Assembly (NCBI GenBank): GCA_000697335.1
Contig: JNEM01013035.1
Location: 1 to 35,514, forward strand
Direction of reading: 5' to 3'
DNA length: 35,514 bases
From: Conidiobolus incongruus B7586
Lineage: Eukaryota
Below the pieces are notes generated by a model. That model was not told where the DNA came from. It saw nothing but the letters and a program-made list of their open reading frames with translations, and made no database searches. Shown in pieces: positions 1-13,407 of the stretch. Made by a program: the position numbers and the translations under genes. The number at the start of each line of letters is the position of its first letter. Within the stretch, counting starts at the first letter, position 1.

Positions 1-3000
1 TAAATATACTATCAGTAATTTGATTAAAATTCAACCTAATAATAGTTCTCATTATAAAAAACTAAATTTATTCAAAATATCATTGAATTTGTTTTAATTA
101 TTTAATAGATAATTTATAAATATTTTTTATTAAATTATTTGCTCTATATTATTTTAAGTATAATTTTGATTAATATTGTGGTTTTTAATATTCTATAAAA
201 ATAATATAATATTTTATTATTATTTTTGAAATAACCAACTGAATATTAATATTATTAAGAGACTATATCTTATATCTTTAATTAGGATTATAATATAAAT
301 TCAAAATATATATATCTAAGAATTATTGTTAAATTTTAAAGGAAAATGATATGTATTTGAATAAAATAGCTTGATTTCAAATAATAAACTTGGTTCAGCT
401 ATTTTATATTTAAAGCCTGATGTTTTCCTTATTATATTTTATCAATTTTCATATTAAGCATTGATTTCTTTATTTTTAAACATTGAACCAGTATATATTC
501 TTATATATATCTTCAAATAAATCTCTTACTTATATTTCTAAGCCATATTGCAAATATTTATTTTCCTTTTTTTGTAAAATAGCAAAATATTATTTTTTTT
601 CTCTTATTAAATGAATTTTTTGATTTTCTTTCATTTATTCTCCTTACACTAAAATTTGGATTTTTTGTTGAATAACACGATATTCAATGATTGATTATTG
701 GAATAATTATAATTTGATAAATCATCTAATTTAATATAATATACATATTAATTTTATAGTAAATAAATTTTGCATTAAATGAATAAATTGAATTTAGTAA
801 CCTTATTTCTATAATTTTTTTTATAATGTTAAACATAAATTTGATATATAGTATAATTTTTATATTAATTTACTTGTAAATTATTTTGAAAATTGAATTT
901 CATTAATTTTTGAAATGTAATTTAAACATTTAACTTATTCGATTATATTGCTGTTCATTTATTTTGAAAATTCGTCTATAAGTTGATATATGATTCAATA
1001 TACCAATAACCCTAAATAATAATAGTAATATTATAAAATAGCTGGCCACTATTATTTTAAGTGTTGAATAACTTTAAGAATAATAATATAGATCATTTAC
1101 CCTACGGATATGATTATTTAATTAAAAAATAATTTATTTATATATAATCTAAAAATAATTATTGATTAATTTATTATATAGATATATTATACTTTGATAT
1201 CTTCATAATGAACAAAGGTCTTAAACTATTTATAATATAATATATATAGATTATTTAAATAATAAATTATTATTAAATTCAATTCTTCCAACCAATAATA
1301 TAAATATTATAAGGATATTTATTAATATATATATGATATATATCCTGTCTATTTAAATTCAAATAATACATAACTAATTAATATCTAACTAAATATCAAA
1401 TAATTCATGTTTAACCCTAAAATCATTCTATAACTATTTGGATTTATTTTTTTATTAATTTCATATAAAAATTAGTATTCACTATAACAACAATATCCAA
1501 CAAATTTAAAATAAACCTTAAATATTAACACCAAAATAATCAATCAAATTAAAGATTAATTAATATAAAATTAGCGAATAGCTATCTCTAGTTATCAATT
1601 TAATGTATTTCTATATAATAAATTACAAAATACTAATTAGTATTTTAAAATTTATAATTTTAAACTTTAGTTAATAAATTTATATCAAATTTAAAATCCA
1701 ATAATCAAAAATATTATAAGTTAAAATATATATCATTTCATTTTAATTTATTAATATATTATATTAGTCCACTTTTTGTTAATATAAAATATTATTCTTA
1801 TAAATAAAGATATTGATATATTTTTCAGATTGAATAATATTATATTTAATTATTTTTCATATATGAAAACTTGTTTAATAACTTAAAATATAATATTTCA
1901 CAATCTTTTTATATCATCTCAAATGCTCGATAGTTGTTGTTAAATTTCTAAATATATACTATATTATAATTTATTAATAAATACAACATAATTGCCATTT
2001 CCAAATCATATTTTAGTAAATTAAAATCTTTTTATTAAAATAATTAATATAAGTTATATTCATAGGCAATTATCTTATCTTTTATATAAAAAAATTATTA
2101 TTAGAATTAGTTTTAATTAAAGATTAATTTTTATTTATAATATAAAATAAAAAATAACGATCATATAATTATTAGTATAGTTATTATAAAATTGCATATA
2201 TAACAATATAAGAAAAATATTTTTTTATTAATTAATAAAAATATCAAAATATATCTTTTGTTAATTTTTATAAGCTTATCTTGTATAATCAACTATTATA
2301 TTAAAAAATAAACCAATATATATTAATTTTCAAACCCAAAAGAATATTATATATATAATTAAATTATATCTATAATAATTATTATCTTTAAAATAATAAT
2401 TAAACCTAAATATCAAAATATAGTGGTTTATTATAAATATATTTATCTGATTATTATCTTAAAGAAGATTAAATATATTTTATAATAAAATTTAAAAGAT
2501 TAAATTTTTTTTAATTTTTATTCATATTAAACCTATTGATTGAATTTAAATAAATTTATAAATTAATAATAAAATTTTTTAAATTATTTATTATATTTAA
2601 TTTTAAAAAAATTTTATAATTTTTATTTTATTAGTTATTTTATATAATATGATTAATTAATTATATAAGGTATAAATTTCATATCTCTTAAAAAAGTCTA
2701 TTAGATTTATCAACCTTGTTTTTAAGCCATATATTAATTTAATTATTATTAAATTAAATGATATTATTTATCATTTTTCAAGCTAACAAAAAAATATCAT
2801 ATATTTTAATCAAGTACTATACAAAGCCTAAATATACAAGATATTATTGAAGCTATTTCAATATACTTTTATAAATACTCTTGATCACTTTATAAATATA
2901 TATAGTTCTATTATTGTATTTTAAATTTAATCATTTATTCTATTCTGATAGTTAAACCAATATTAATTCTAATTTAAGCTGGATTTGTCAGTCTATAATT

Positions 3001-6000
3001 GAAGGATACTCTTTGTTCACTTTGTTTTCTTTATTACATTATATTCAAATCCCATAGCATTCATTTAAGCAACTATTTAAACTCAAAAGTGATAAAAATA
3101 AAAGTAGAATAAGTTTTTCTTTTGGATATTCTGCTACAACGCCTCAACAGTAAGTTTTTAAACCTACAGTCCCGATATGTTAAAGAGCAGGATTAATAAA
3201 TAATTTACTAAATCATATTTTGAGTGCTTTTCTAACTACGACCTATATTTATAAAACTTAATATAAAAATACAACACTATTATAAATTATTATTATTGAT
3301 TTTAAAATATAAATGGTATATAAATTATTTATCATTAATATTAATAAAAATAAATTTTTTTTCAATAATTATTATAAATTAAGGAGTTTATATAAAGTAA
3401 TTTTCTAAACTCTTGAATATTTTATAAAAATAATGTTAAATTATTAACATTATAGAAGATCTATATTATTTTTTCATTATATTTATACTTTGAATTATTT
3501 CATGTTAAATTGATACACACTTATTTTTGAGTTTCTTGATATATTTATTAAGTATATGCTATTAAAATTACTCATAGGATTTAATAATCAATTTAACATT
3601 ATGATTTTTATTTTGTTTAATTTTATTATTTGATATTGAAATATAAGTATGGTTTTTGCTGAATTACATTATTATGTGTAGATAATTGTCGATCATCGTT
3701 ATTTCCTTGAAATTTAATAATATTCTTATTCAATCAAATTAACATTTATTTCATTTATTGTTTATGATTACTATTAATAGTCAAAAAAATAATTTTACTA
3801 ATTAAGAAAAATCTTTTCAAATCTTGCTTAGTTCTTCTAAACTATATTATTATCCTTTTTGCTACATTAAAATCACGAATTAAATCCTATTTAAACAATT
3901 TACATAGCACTTTTTTGCTTTGTTAAATTGAACTTTTTATTTGCAATCAATAACATTGTCTAGAGATTTAATACAGTTCCTACCTAGTACTATTAATTTT
4001 GTTAACAATTACCATTATTTGTGAATAATGATTATTAAACAAAATCCAGATATAATTAAAATCAAATTATAAACCCTTATTCCTTAATGCAAATTGTTCC
4101 TTATTTTTATTTAAGCATTAATTATATTGTTTTAAAAGTATTTATTTGAAAATTTTCTTATGAATTATAGTTATTAAAAATCTTTTTTTAAAAATTTTTA
4201 AACTTGTTTTCTATTGTTAAATTATTTGTTTATATTACCTTTAAATTTTTAATTATTAATTAAATTAACTAATATATATTATTGGTTATATAATAATTTA
4301 GTAATAATTATATTAATAACCAAGATATATTTATATATTTACCCTCATTACAAACCTCAATTTATGAAATGAATTAGTTAAATTTTAATAAGTAATAAAC
4401 TTCACTTTTCATCTCGCTCATTTAAATTATCTAGTTACAGATTTTATATAATTATATTATTATTTGAATTTAAAACAAAGAAGGAAGTATTTCTATTTTA
4501 TAACTTTTGCATTTTCTAAGCAATAAACTATTTTTTTTTGATTACAAGTGAATATAACTTTATTTTAATAATTTGAATTCAAATAAATTATAAAAATTTA
4601 TTAATTATTTTCCATAATAATTTTGAATTATAGTTTTTTATAAATAACACTATTTATTCAATGAGATGTTATGTTTATTATTATTTATTAAAAGGCTATC
4701 ATAATTAATATTGTGATAATTAAACATATTATTTATTTGAATATATATCCATTCTAATGAAAAGGTTGCTATTTAGAATTTTTATACTATTAAAAACTTA
4801 ATATATTAATTGCTTTAAATAATTTAATTTAAAAATTTAATAAATATGTATGTATATAGTTTTAATAGTTTAAATAAATAGTATTGGTAATAAATTTTAT
4901 AGGATTAGGGATAAAATATGATAAAATTTTTCAAGTTTATGAAAAATTTATGCATGCAAATTTGATCGTAAATAATCGAATTGATATTATTGAATATCGA
5001 AACTATAATAAAGGTCAAAGAACTATGATTATTCTGTACTTTGTTTTATTTTACTAATATATTGATTGCGATTTTATAAATCACCTTTATGATCTTGGCT
5101 CTAACTTTACCACAAATCAATAATAAAAATATTATCAACATGATTGTATTATGAAAAATAATTATCAAATGATGATTTTTAGTGAAGAGATAATTTTTAT
5201 TTAATTTCAAATATCGATATGAAAAATATTGAATTGGTAAATAAATCCAAATATTTAATCATCATATACATTAAATTATATAATATAAACACAATTAAAT
5301 AATAACTACTCTGAAAAGGTATTAATATTTTCATTGTATCAAGTTAGAGAATTTTAAATAAAAATAGAAAATGATAAATATTCGAATAATATTTATTTTT
5401 CATTAGTATTTATAGAGAAATAACTAAATTTCCCAATACATTGAATAATTAGTTTGTATTCATTAATTTAGCAGAATTTCATTTTGTTATCAAGAATAAT
5501 TACAAGGAGTATATGAAAAAAATTTACAAGAAATTTTTTGATTACTTGTAATATTCTTTGAATGTATATAAAGTTCAAGTATCGGTACCATATTTGGGGA
5601 AATTGTTAATTATGCGAAATAAGAATTTTTTTATCCTTGTTCGATATTTACTATAATATTATTGATAGACAAGCAAAATCATATCTAAATCAAATATCAA
5701 ACATCCCTGAAAGAAGTAAATTAAAATCCAATATGGACAGACAATTGATTGAAATAACCAGATAAAATAACATAACTTAATACATGATATTATGGCATTT
5801 ACAATGATACCTCATTCATAATATTTAAAATGATTGAATGGTTGCTACAGCTTCGCTGATATTTTAATGGTGGCTTGTATTTGATATATAATATAGACAA
5901 AATAATATTGTGTAACTAATAACTATTACATTTGATTGATATTTCACTCTGATCTTAATGCTTAAAATAATCTGAAAGATATTTATATATTTGTATATTT

Positions 6001-8253
6001 GTATACTAATACACTAATATCTTAATAAAGTTAGTACTATTATTTGAATAATATACAAAATAAGTTTCAAACATTATTGGATTCCTTAAATTGGTAAACA
6101 CTATAAATTTACAATTATTTTTCAAAAACAAATTTTAATTCTTGATATATTATTTTAATCTTAAAACAAATAGAATTTTTTATGTATTGTTTCCATTGTT
6201 TTCAATTATATTCATTGTAATAGATATTAATTTAATTATATTAAACAATGAATGCATAATTGATTATTTTGAATTTATATGATGATTTAGATTAATTGAT
6301 AAATTATAATAAAAAACTAATCAAACTTTCAATAATTTACATAACATATTGTTTTAGAACCTGTAATTATTTTCAATTAATAAATAATCTTAATTAAACT
6401 AATTGCTAGGGGTATTCGTCTTGTGTCAAATAAATTGATGTTTTCATAATTGGTATTAAATTTTAATATACTGGTTTAATTTTTCGATGATTGAATACAA
6501 GATAAAATTTTAAAGTACAGTATTACTTGTTAGATCTCAAAATTTAACAATATATACTATAAAAGTAAAATCATGTAATTGATATAAATAATTTAAGAAA
6601 AATTCTGAAATATTAGAAATTATATTATCAAGTAAATGATCAACTTCAATTAGTCTTTACGCTTTTCTGTTACATTGATATCTTGGTGAAAAGTTAATTT
6701 GATCTATATTATTTCGAACCCCTATCAAATCAGATATATTTAAATTTGATTAACTGGATAATCTTTATTATAGGGATGAAAATAAGTTTAGGTTTGTAAT
6801 TGAATATTTATTATTAAATTAAAATCTATATTCAGCTGAACCAGTTGAAATATACTGGCATTTGACCAATCAAATATATATTAATTAATGAATAATTATA
6901 TTGAATATACTAAAGGATATATATCTTCTTGATATTAAAATATAAAAAATAATCATTTAATATATATTGATTTAACGCTCTTTGTATTAAAATATTATCA
7001 TTATTTTAGACATAAAATAAGTGTTCTTTTTTTCATAAAAATCTAATTCATTTTAAAATCAAGATGATTCTAAATAATTTTAACGAATTTGCAATATAAA
7101 ATTTAATCAGGTTATCTGTATTATAATTTCAAATCATAATTAGAATTTTTAGAATACTTTTAGCTTCAATATATGGTATAAAGCGATTATAAATAATTTA
7201 TAAATTAGAAATAATATTTTATAAAATTAGTAACAAAATATGAAACATAGAATATTGAATTAATATCAGCAAATTCTTACCATTTAGAGTGTTACTGAGT
7301 TAATTTGGGAATCTGGCCGAGTAATTTAGAAATATGATGATTAATTGATAGATTTGGTTTATTTAATTAGAAAAAGAGGCTTTAATTTTAATTATGATGT
7401 ACAATTAAATGAAATTTAATAATGAATTAGATTCAAATTATTTCAAGTTCGCTAAATTTTAAAATTAAACAAAATGTGCTTAAAGTCATTCTTATCAATA
7501 CTAAAACCTATACCAAAATACATGTGTGAATAATTAATCTAACAATTTAAATCCTCCAACTCTCAAAGGTGAACTATATTATAATATTAGTTTTTTATTT
7601 CACCTAGAAATTAATTTGAAAATGCGATATTCAAAAAATTCAAGCTTTGGAATAATTATTCGTACAATTAAATATCTTTATAGAATAATGTTTAAAATTT
7701 TTATCTTTGAAATTAATTTTTAGCTGAAAAAAGTTGAAAACTTTTTCTGATAATTTGAAGATAATCAATTTCAACCAATTTATTATAAATTTTACGTAAA
7801 GCTTGATAGATATTTAAATTAATTAGCATTCTTCTTTAGAGGTATATTCAAATTAGTATATTTCAATTACTGTTTATGTTTTATCATTCAAATTTAATTG
7901 CAATACAAGTTGTTTTTTAGCTATTAAAATTGTACCCTTGATGATTAAATATTTATCCATATATTCTTGATATGTCTCAGTTAAAAATTAATAGATGATG
8001 TAAATTTATTCGGTTCTAAAATTGGTAAAGAGAGCTAATCATTTTGAATATTAAATTATTATTTCATACAATAATCAAATAAATTTCATCTGCAATAATA
8101 ATTTGATTTAGCGTTTTAAAAATTACCCTTTAAATTATATATAGAATATTTTAATATAAATATAGGGTCTTGAATTATAACATTAAATCAACAATTTATA
8201 ATTCAATAATTAAATTGAAGTTCGATTCAAAATTTCATCAAAATATTAATATC

Positions 8254-8958
8254 ATGCGCTTCTCTGGAGACAATATTAAAACTAACAACTCAAATTCAAT
8301 AGCTGAATTATTCTATGATAATCATTCCTTGCAGTCTGACTTTGATTCTAGTGATTCATTATCTGAACCCAACTCCATTGAATTATCAGCGATTATCGAT
8401 GCCTTGGCCAGCCCTTTGATCAATACCAATTTAACTAATAGTCAAAAGAAAAAATGCCCTAAAATTCCTCGTCCACCAAACTGCTTTATAATATATCGAA
8501 AATATATTTCTGATATTTTAAAATTGCAGCAAAACTATAACTGTCATACCCATAATACATCCAAAATTGCGTCCATAATGTGGAAAAATGAACCTGAAGA
8601 TGTTAAAATTCACTTTCAACGACTAGCCAAAAAATTAAAGCGTGAACATCAGAGGAAATATCCAGATTACAAATATCAGCCCAAGAGAGAAAAAACGAGA
8701 GAGACTAAAAATACAAAAGCTCTAAGCACAAGTAAACAAGCCACCACGCCGACTAATAACCCTATTGAGTTTAACAACACTCAATATCCAAATCCCCAAG
8801 AATTCAATTATGTTTATCAGAATCACCTCTCATACCCTATACAATTTACCATTTATAATCCGCAATTCGCTAATCAGATGAATTACAGTAATCCTTCAAA
8901 TCTTAACAATTTCATTTGTTTTGTTCCTTATACTCAACCCTATGATACATTTTTATAA
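8254..8958 (+). CDS. MATA_HMG/Sox-type HMG-box transcription factor (about 234 aa, single exon)
   Basis: HMG box KIPRPPNCFIIYRK...SKIASIMWKNEPEDVKIHFQRLAKKLKREHQRKYPDYKYQPKR at about 8461-8689 has the PRPPN-F, W and YPDYKY-P signatures of sequence-specific HMG boxes. First in-frame ATG is 8254 (the track start at 8170 is TTG). The C-terminal tail is rich in N/Q/P/Y. Confidence 0.9.
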   Translation: MRFSGDNIKTNNSNSIAELFYDNHSLQSDFDSSDSLSEPNSIELSAIIDALASPLINTNLTNSQKKKCPKIPRPPNCFIIYRKYISDILKLQQNYNCHTHNTSKIASIMWKNEPEDVKIHFQRLAKKLKREHQRKYPDYKYQPKREKTRETKNTKALSTSKQATTPTNNPIEFNNTQYPNPQEFNYVYQNHLSYPIQFTIYNPQFANQMNYSNPSNLNNFICFVPYTQPYDTFL

Positions 8959-10125
8959 GCTGAATTTTTTTACAGATTATTATTATTCCAATAAATATAT
9001 AATATATTATTGTAATTATTTTATATATTATCAAATTTATTGAAAATAAATTAAATATTTTAATATTAATTAATATTCCTATTTTTAGTTTTAAACAAAA
9101 AGAGATAATTAGGTATAAATTCTAAAAATCGATTATTAAAATGTATTATTATAATTTAATAGTATATATATTTTTTATTTTATTGCAACTTTTCAAAATT
9201 ATTTCATATTATAAAATTTTAAATATTATTTTTAATAATTCATATTTAAAATATTAAAATTAATTAATATTAAAATTTTTAAAATTAAAATTCTTTATAT
9301 AATTATTTATCTTACAATTATTCAAAAAAAAATCTATTCAAAAGGATATGATTTTAAATATCAAATTTATTAAATTGAATCACTAAATCTCAAAGTAATA
9401 TATTTTATAATATTTGAATATTTAATGTTATTAACTCATTTTTACAATTTATGAATTACATTAATATCAAATTCATTATCAAATTATTGCACAAAATTTT
9501 TTTAAAACCCTATTATATCATTGACCAATTATGAATATTTAATATTTATTAATTGATATCTTTTGTTATTAAAATTATTGAAATTTTTTAAACTTAATAA
9601 TTTTCATGTTAGCATTCAAATTGGGATTATATAGATTAAAAATAGTTGGATGATTCCAATATAAATAATATATTAGATAGTAAATTTGTTGATATTAAAT
9701 TCAAAAAGTATATATAATAATAATAATCGATCATTTGAATTTACACATTGATTTAGAAAAAACCCTCGTACAAAGTTTATTTAAAATTAATATAAATTTA
9801 TGATTAATTTAGTGAATAATGTTAAATAATAATGAATTATAGGTCATGTTTAATTATTATCTTCAAATTTCAATATTGTTTGAAACCATATTATGATTAA
9901 TAGGTATTAGAAAAAAAAATACTATAAGCCGGATATAATATTTATTTATTGTTACAGCTATATGCTATTCAATAGCTTTGAAAATAATCAAGAATCAAAT
10001 CAGAGTAAACGAAATTAGGCATCTCACTAAAACTATGGTTACAATAATGAAAAATAATGCAAATTATTTATTAATTAAAACTATAAAACTTACTTTAAAC
10101 TCCTCTAATGAAATCATCTATCTAT

Positions 10126-13100
10126 CTATTCGGATGGATTATCTTTAGAAATTATATCGCATAATTCCTTGAAAGTGGTAGCGTTTGCTAATACGTCAGA
10201 GCATGCAAAGTCCAATAATTGCGCAATGGAGCACTGCTTGGTTTTTTCCATCAAAATTTGGTGAGCAATATTCAAAAAATAAACCGAGTTGGGATCTTCA
10301 ACATCTTGTTCGGTTTCATATTCTTTCCTATGCCAAGCATCGATAATGCTGGGGAGATAATAACATGTGGATGTAGTACTCATGCAAGTGGATGAAATAT
10401 CGTTAGGGGAGTCAGGGGCTAAAAGTCTTGAGATCGCGCACTTGGATTCGACTTCAGAAAGAACCGATTTGTTGAGTGGGAAGAGATTAGAAAGACTCTT
10501 AGAGTTAGCTGCATTGAAATCAGTAGATGGATCAAAGGGAGATGGCATAGATATTAATTCTGTTTTCACCTGACCAATATGAATGCTATCTTCTTTGCTC
10601 TCTAAAATCGTTACCGATGATTGCACAATAGTTTCACTCGTACCATTAGGTTGATTGTTTGTAGATTCATTGCCATTGTGTTCTATACCATTAGATAACT
10701 CTCTAGACTCTTGGACATGAGAGGTTTGATCAAATGAATCTGGTTCGCCATTAGCATGACCATTTTGTCTTTCAGCCAAGGCATTTGGCTCATTATCAGA
10801 ATTTTCTACAACAGGTTCAGTTGGTGGAAACTTCTCTAATCTGGCTTCACTAACTTGCTTATATTGATCCAAAACAAATGGATATTTGCCACCCAAGTTG
10901 TGATAAATGTCATACTCTAGCTGGAGAGCTGTTTGGACTATATAGTGTCCAGGATTTTTCATGTAAATAATAATATTATTGACTATAGAATTCAAATCAT
11001 CAAGCACTTGATCGAATGTTTCATAACTGAGATCGGCAAGCTTGTCCAAGATTGTAAGTAAGCAAACGGGTTTGTATTCTGGGGGCCAAGCACCTTCATT
11101 GTACATAGGCTCGCATAAGAGCGCAAACGAGGAATCGTGGAGGCAACCATGAATCACTTGAATTAAATCCTTGAGAACTAAATCCGATCCGGTAGAGCCA
11201 TCATTTAAAATCAACGAGTTTGCAGATTTTGGGTTAGGAGGAGAAAATCTTCCTCTAAATAGGGACTCTTTATCAGGTTTTGGAAGTTTTGATGAGAAAG
11301 AAGTCTCTAGTAAATTGATTAGGAATCTAGAACGCTGCTCCTCGGATGGATGAGAATTGACCTCATGAAACTGAGCCTGTGGAGGTTGCAAAAAATCGTA
11401 GCCATAGTCTTCGGGTGTTGCATTGGACGTTACTAATAAAACTACCTGGCAGAGTGGGCTTAAATGCTTCAGATACATATTTAGAATAGATATTACTTGA
11501 GTAAAGATTCGCGGGCTACTATCAATGAAGGGAATATATATGACAGATGTGGTGAAAGCAATGGGATGCATGGGAATCGATGCAAGTTGACGCTTCAATG
11601 CTTGGGGCACTGTGATACCGTCTGATTGACGAACAAGGTCAGACGCACTTAGCGTGAGAATTCGATCAACAGCTAACTGGTTTAGAATTGCCGATCCAAT
11701 CGAAGATAAAATATAAGGCGTGGTTCCATAAAGTACAAGCGATTTAGGAAGTTGGGGAACGAGAGGTGTTACAGTAGGTGGCTCAAGGTAGGGAGCAAAC
11801 CACTGACAGCAATAGTCCACTTCAGACTGAAGTAATGCAGACTGGTAGAAAGGCAGTGGAAATACATCCATCGATAATGCACGTCTGCCTGTGGGTACAA
11901 AGGTTGCTAGAGATTGTTCAAAATGAGCTTTGGTTACTTGAAGAGGCTGGTCACTGGCTCGATTAGTCAGCGATGACTGTATCTTCGCTTGAAGCAAAGA
12001 TTCATTACACACTAACTTGATATCCGCAGGTGTATATCCGTTGGTACGTGTAGCAAGCCAGTCTATTAAGTCATTGGGAGGAGGGACAGGCCAGTTTTGT
12101 GTGATCTTACTAAATACTTCCATACGAGAATAATGATCAGGAAGAGTAAATAAGAGCTCAGTACCAAATCTACCAGGTCTTCGGAGAGCAGGATCGATTG
12201 TTTCAGGGTGGTTGGTTGATGCAATTACTACAACCCCCTCGCGTTCCACTGCACCATCCATGAGCCCAAGCAACGTTGATACCATAGCGGTCAAGTGAGT
12301 CTCTTCAGATTCAATACGTGAAGGGGCTAAAGCGTCGATTTCATCCAAATAAATAATTGATGGCGCCCATTTCCTAGCAGCTTCGAATAGCTGAGTCAAA
12401 TTCTTTTCACCATCACCATAGTATTTAGATAGAAACTCTGTGGAATTCCTGAAAAAGAAAGCCCAAGGCTTACCATTACTCGACGTATCATTTGCTAGTG
12501 CCTGAGCGACCATCGTTTTACCAGTTCCGGGAGGCCCATAGAACAAAAAACCATTCTCAGGCTTTAAATTGATAGAGTCGTACAAAGCCTTATATTTGGT
12601 AGGTAGAACAAGTGTCTGGTTCAAAGTTTGAATTTGCTTTTTTAACCCTCCGAATTGATTCCATGTTACAGGTTTCTTGTTAAGGTTAAAAGAATTCAAT
12701 CTATCACCCTCGCTTAATAACTTCAACCTGTCATCGTTAATAATTTCTAAATTATCTGGTAAAATTACATTTTTCTTGATTTTTTCAGTATCTTTCTTTT
12801 CAGTAAAACCACGAAATAGTCTTTGAAGACCTGCTTCATCTTCAAGATCATTTAATTTAGAGGGCTCATGATCTAAGTCAGATAACTGAGCTTTACTAAG
12901 ATTTTGATTATCATAATAGTTGAACATTTCAGACTCTTGTGTTCCCATCATATGTGCAATTCGAGAAGATTTTCTAAATGCTCTGATACCTGTTTTGTTA
13001 TTATTTTGTCTCGTTCTAGATCTTGTTTCGTATCGCGGAGCTATTGTAGATTCAGCTTCAGAATCTTCTTGACGATTTTTGCTTCTTAAGTTATATTTAG

Positions 13101-13407
13101 GTGAAAGAATTTGATTTTGTTTTCGCTTTTTCTTAAGTTTAACTGATTCAGGTTCAGAATAAGATTCATCATATTCAGTGAGTTCAGAATTATCATTTAT
13201 AAAGTCTGAATCTCTGCGTAGTTTTTTATGTATAATCTCCTCTTCAACTTCATCCTCTATTTCCTCTTCACTAAAATCGTCATCGTCTGATTCCGACTTG
13301 TCAGGAACAAAATCCTCATCTTTGGGATTATCCTGAACATGAAAAGTTTCCATCTCTTCTTCAGAGTTGGAAGCGGAGTCATTAGAATTATTGTGATATG
13401 GAGACAT
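10126..13407 (-). CDS. YTA7: Yta7/ATAD2-like AAA+ ATPase histone chaperone with degenerate second AAA domain and bromodomain-like region (1093 aa, single exon)
   Basis: Acidic N-terminus, Walker A GPPGTGKT, ATAD2-type AFFFRNSTEFLSKYYGDGE, Walker B IIYLDEID, STLLGLMDG, SRH DPALRRPGRF. Degenerate AAA2 (LVLYG..., VIYIPFID). Bromodomain-like PVCLLTILDKL...YETFDQVLDDLNSIVNNIIIY at about 10880-11180. Confidence 0.85.
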   Translation of the reverse strand: MSPYHNNSNDSASNSEEEMETFHVQDNPKDEDFVPDKSESDDDDFSEEEIEDEVEEEIIHKKLRRDSDFINDNSELTEYDESYSEPESVKLKKKRKQNQILSPKYNLRSKNRQEDSEAESTIAPRYETRSRTRQNNNKTGIRAFRKSSRIAHMMGTQESEMFNYYDNQNLSKAQLSDLDHEPSKLNDLEDEAGLQRLFRGFTEKKDTEKIKKNVILPDNLEIINDDRLKLLSEGDRLNSFNLNKKPVTWNQFGGLKKQIQTLNQTLVLPTKYKALYDSINLKPENGFLFYGPPGTGKTMVAQALANDTSSNGKPWAFFFRNSTEFLSKYYGDGEKNLTQLFEAARKWAPSIIYLDEIDALAPSRIESEETHLTAMVSTLLGLMDGAVEREGVVVIASTNHPETIDPALRRPGRFGTELLFTLPDHYSRMEVFSKITQNWPVPPPNDLIDWLATRTNGYTPADIKLVCNESLLQAKIQSSLTNRASDQPLQVTKAHFEQSLATFVPTGRRALSMDVFPLPFYQSALLQSEVDYCCQWFAPYLEPPTVTPLVPQLPKSLVLYGTTPYILSSIGSAILNQLAVDRILTLSASDLVRQSDGITVPQALKRQLASIPMHPIAFTTSVIYIPFIDSSPRIFTQVISILNMYLKHLSPLCQVVLLVTSNATPEDYGYDFLQPPQAQFHEVNSHPSEEQRSRFLINLLETSFSSKLPKPDKESLFRGRFSPPNPKSANSLILNDGSTGSDLVLKDLIQVIHGCLHDSSFALLCEPMYNEGAWPPEYKPVCLLTILDKLADLSYETFDQVLDDLNSIVNNIIIYMKNPGHYIVQTALQLEYDIYHNLGGKYPFVLDQYKQVSEARLEKFPPTEPVVENSDNEPNALAERQNGHANGEPDSFDQTSHVQESRELSNGIEHNGNESTNNQPNGTSETIVQSSVTILESKEDSIHIGQVKTELISMPSPFDPSTDFNAANSKSLSNLFPLNKSVLSEVESKCAISRLLAPDSPNDISSTCMSTTSTCYYLPSIIDAWHRKEYETEQDVEDPNSVYFLNIAHQILMEKTKQCSIAQLLDFACSDVLANATTFKELCDIISKDNPSE

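Noticed and set aside
1007..4910. Isolated TAACCCTAA/TTAGGG words (about 1007, 1412, 4905) as telomeric repeats
   Set aside because: Single scattered copies, no tandem array.
10367..13089. Short + strand ORFs 10367-10573, 11171-11353, 11778-11966 and 12904-13089
   Set aside because: Antisense shadows of the YTA7 CDS; no motifs, and the starts are TTG/GTG.
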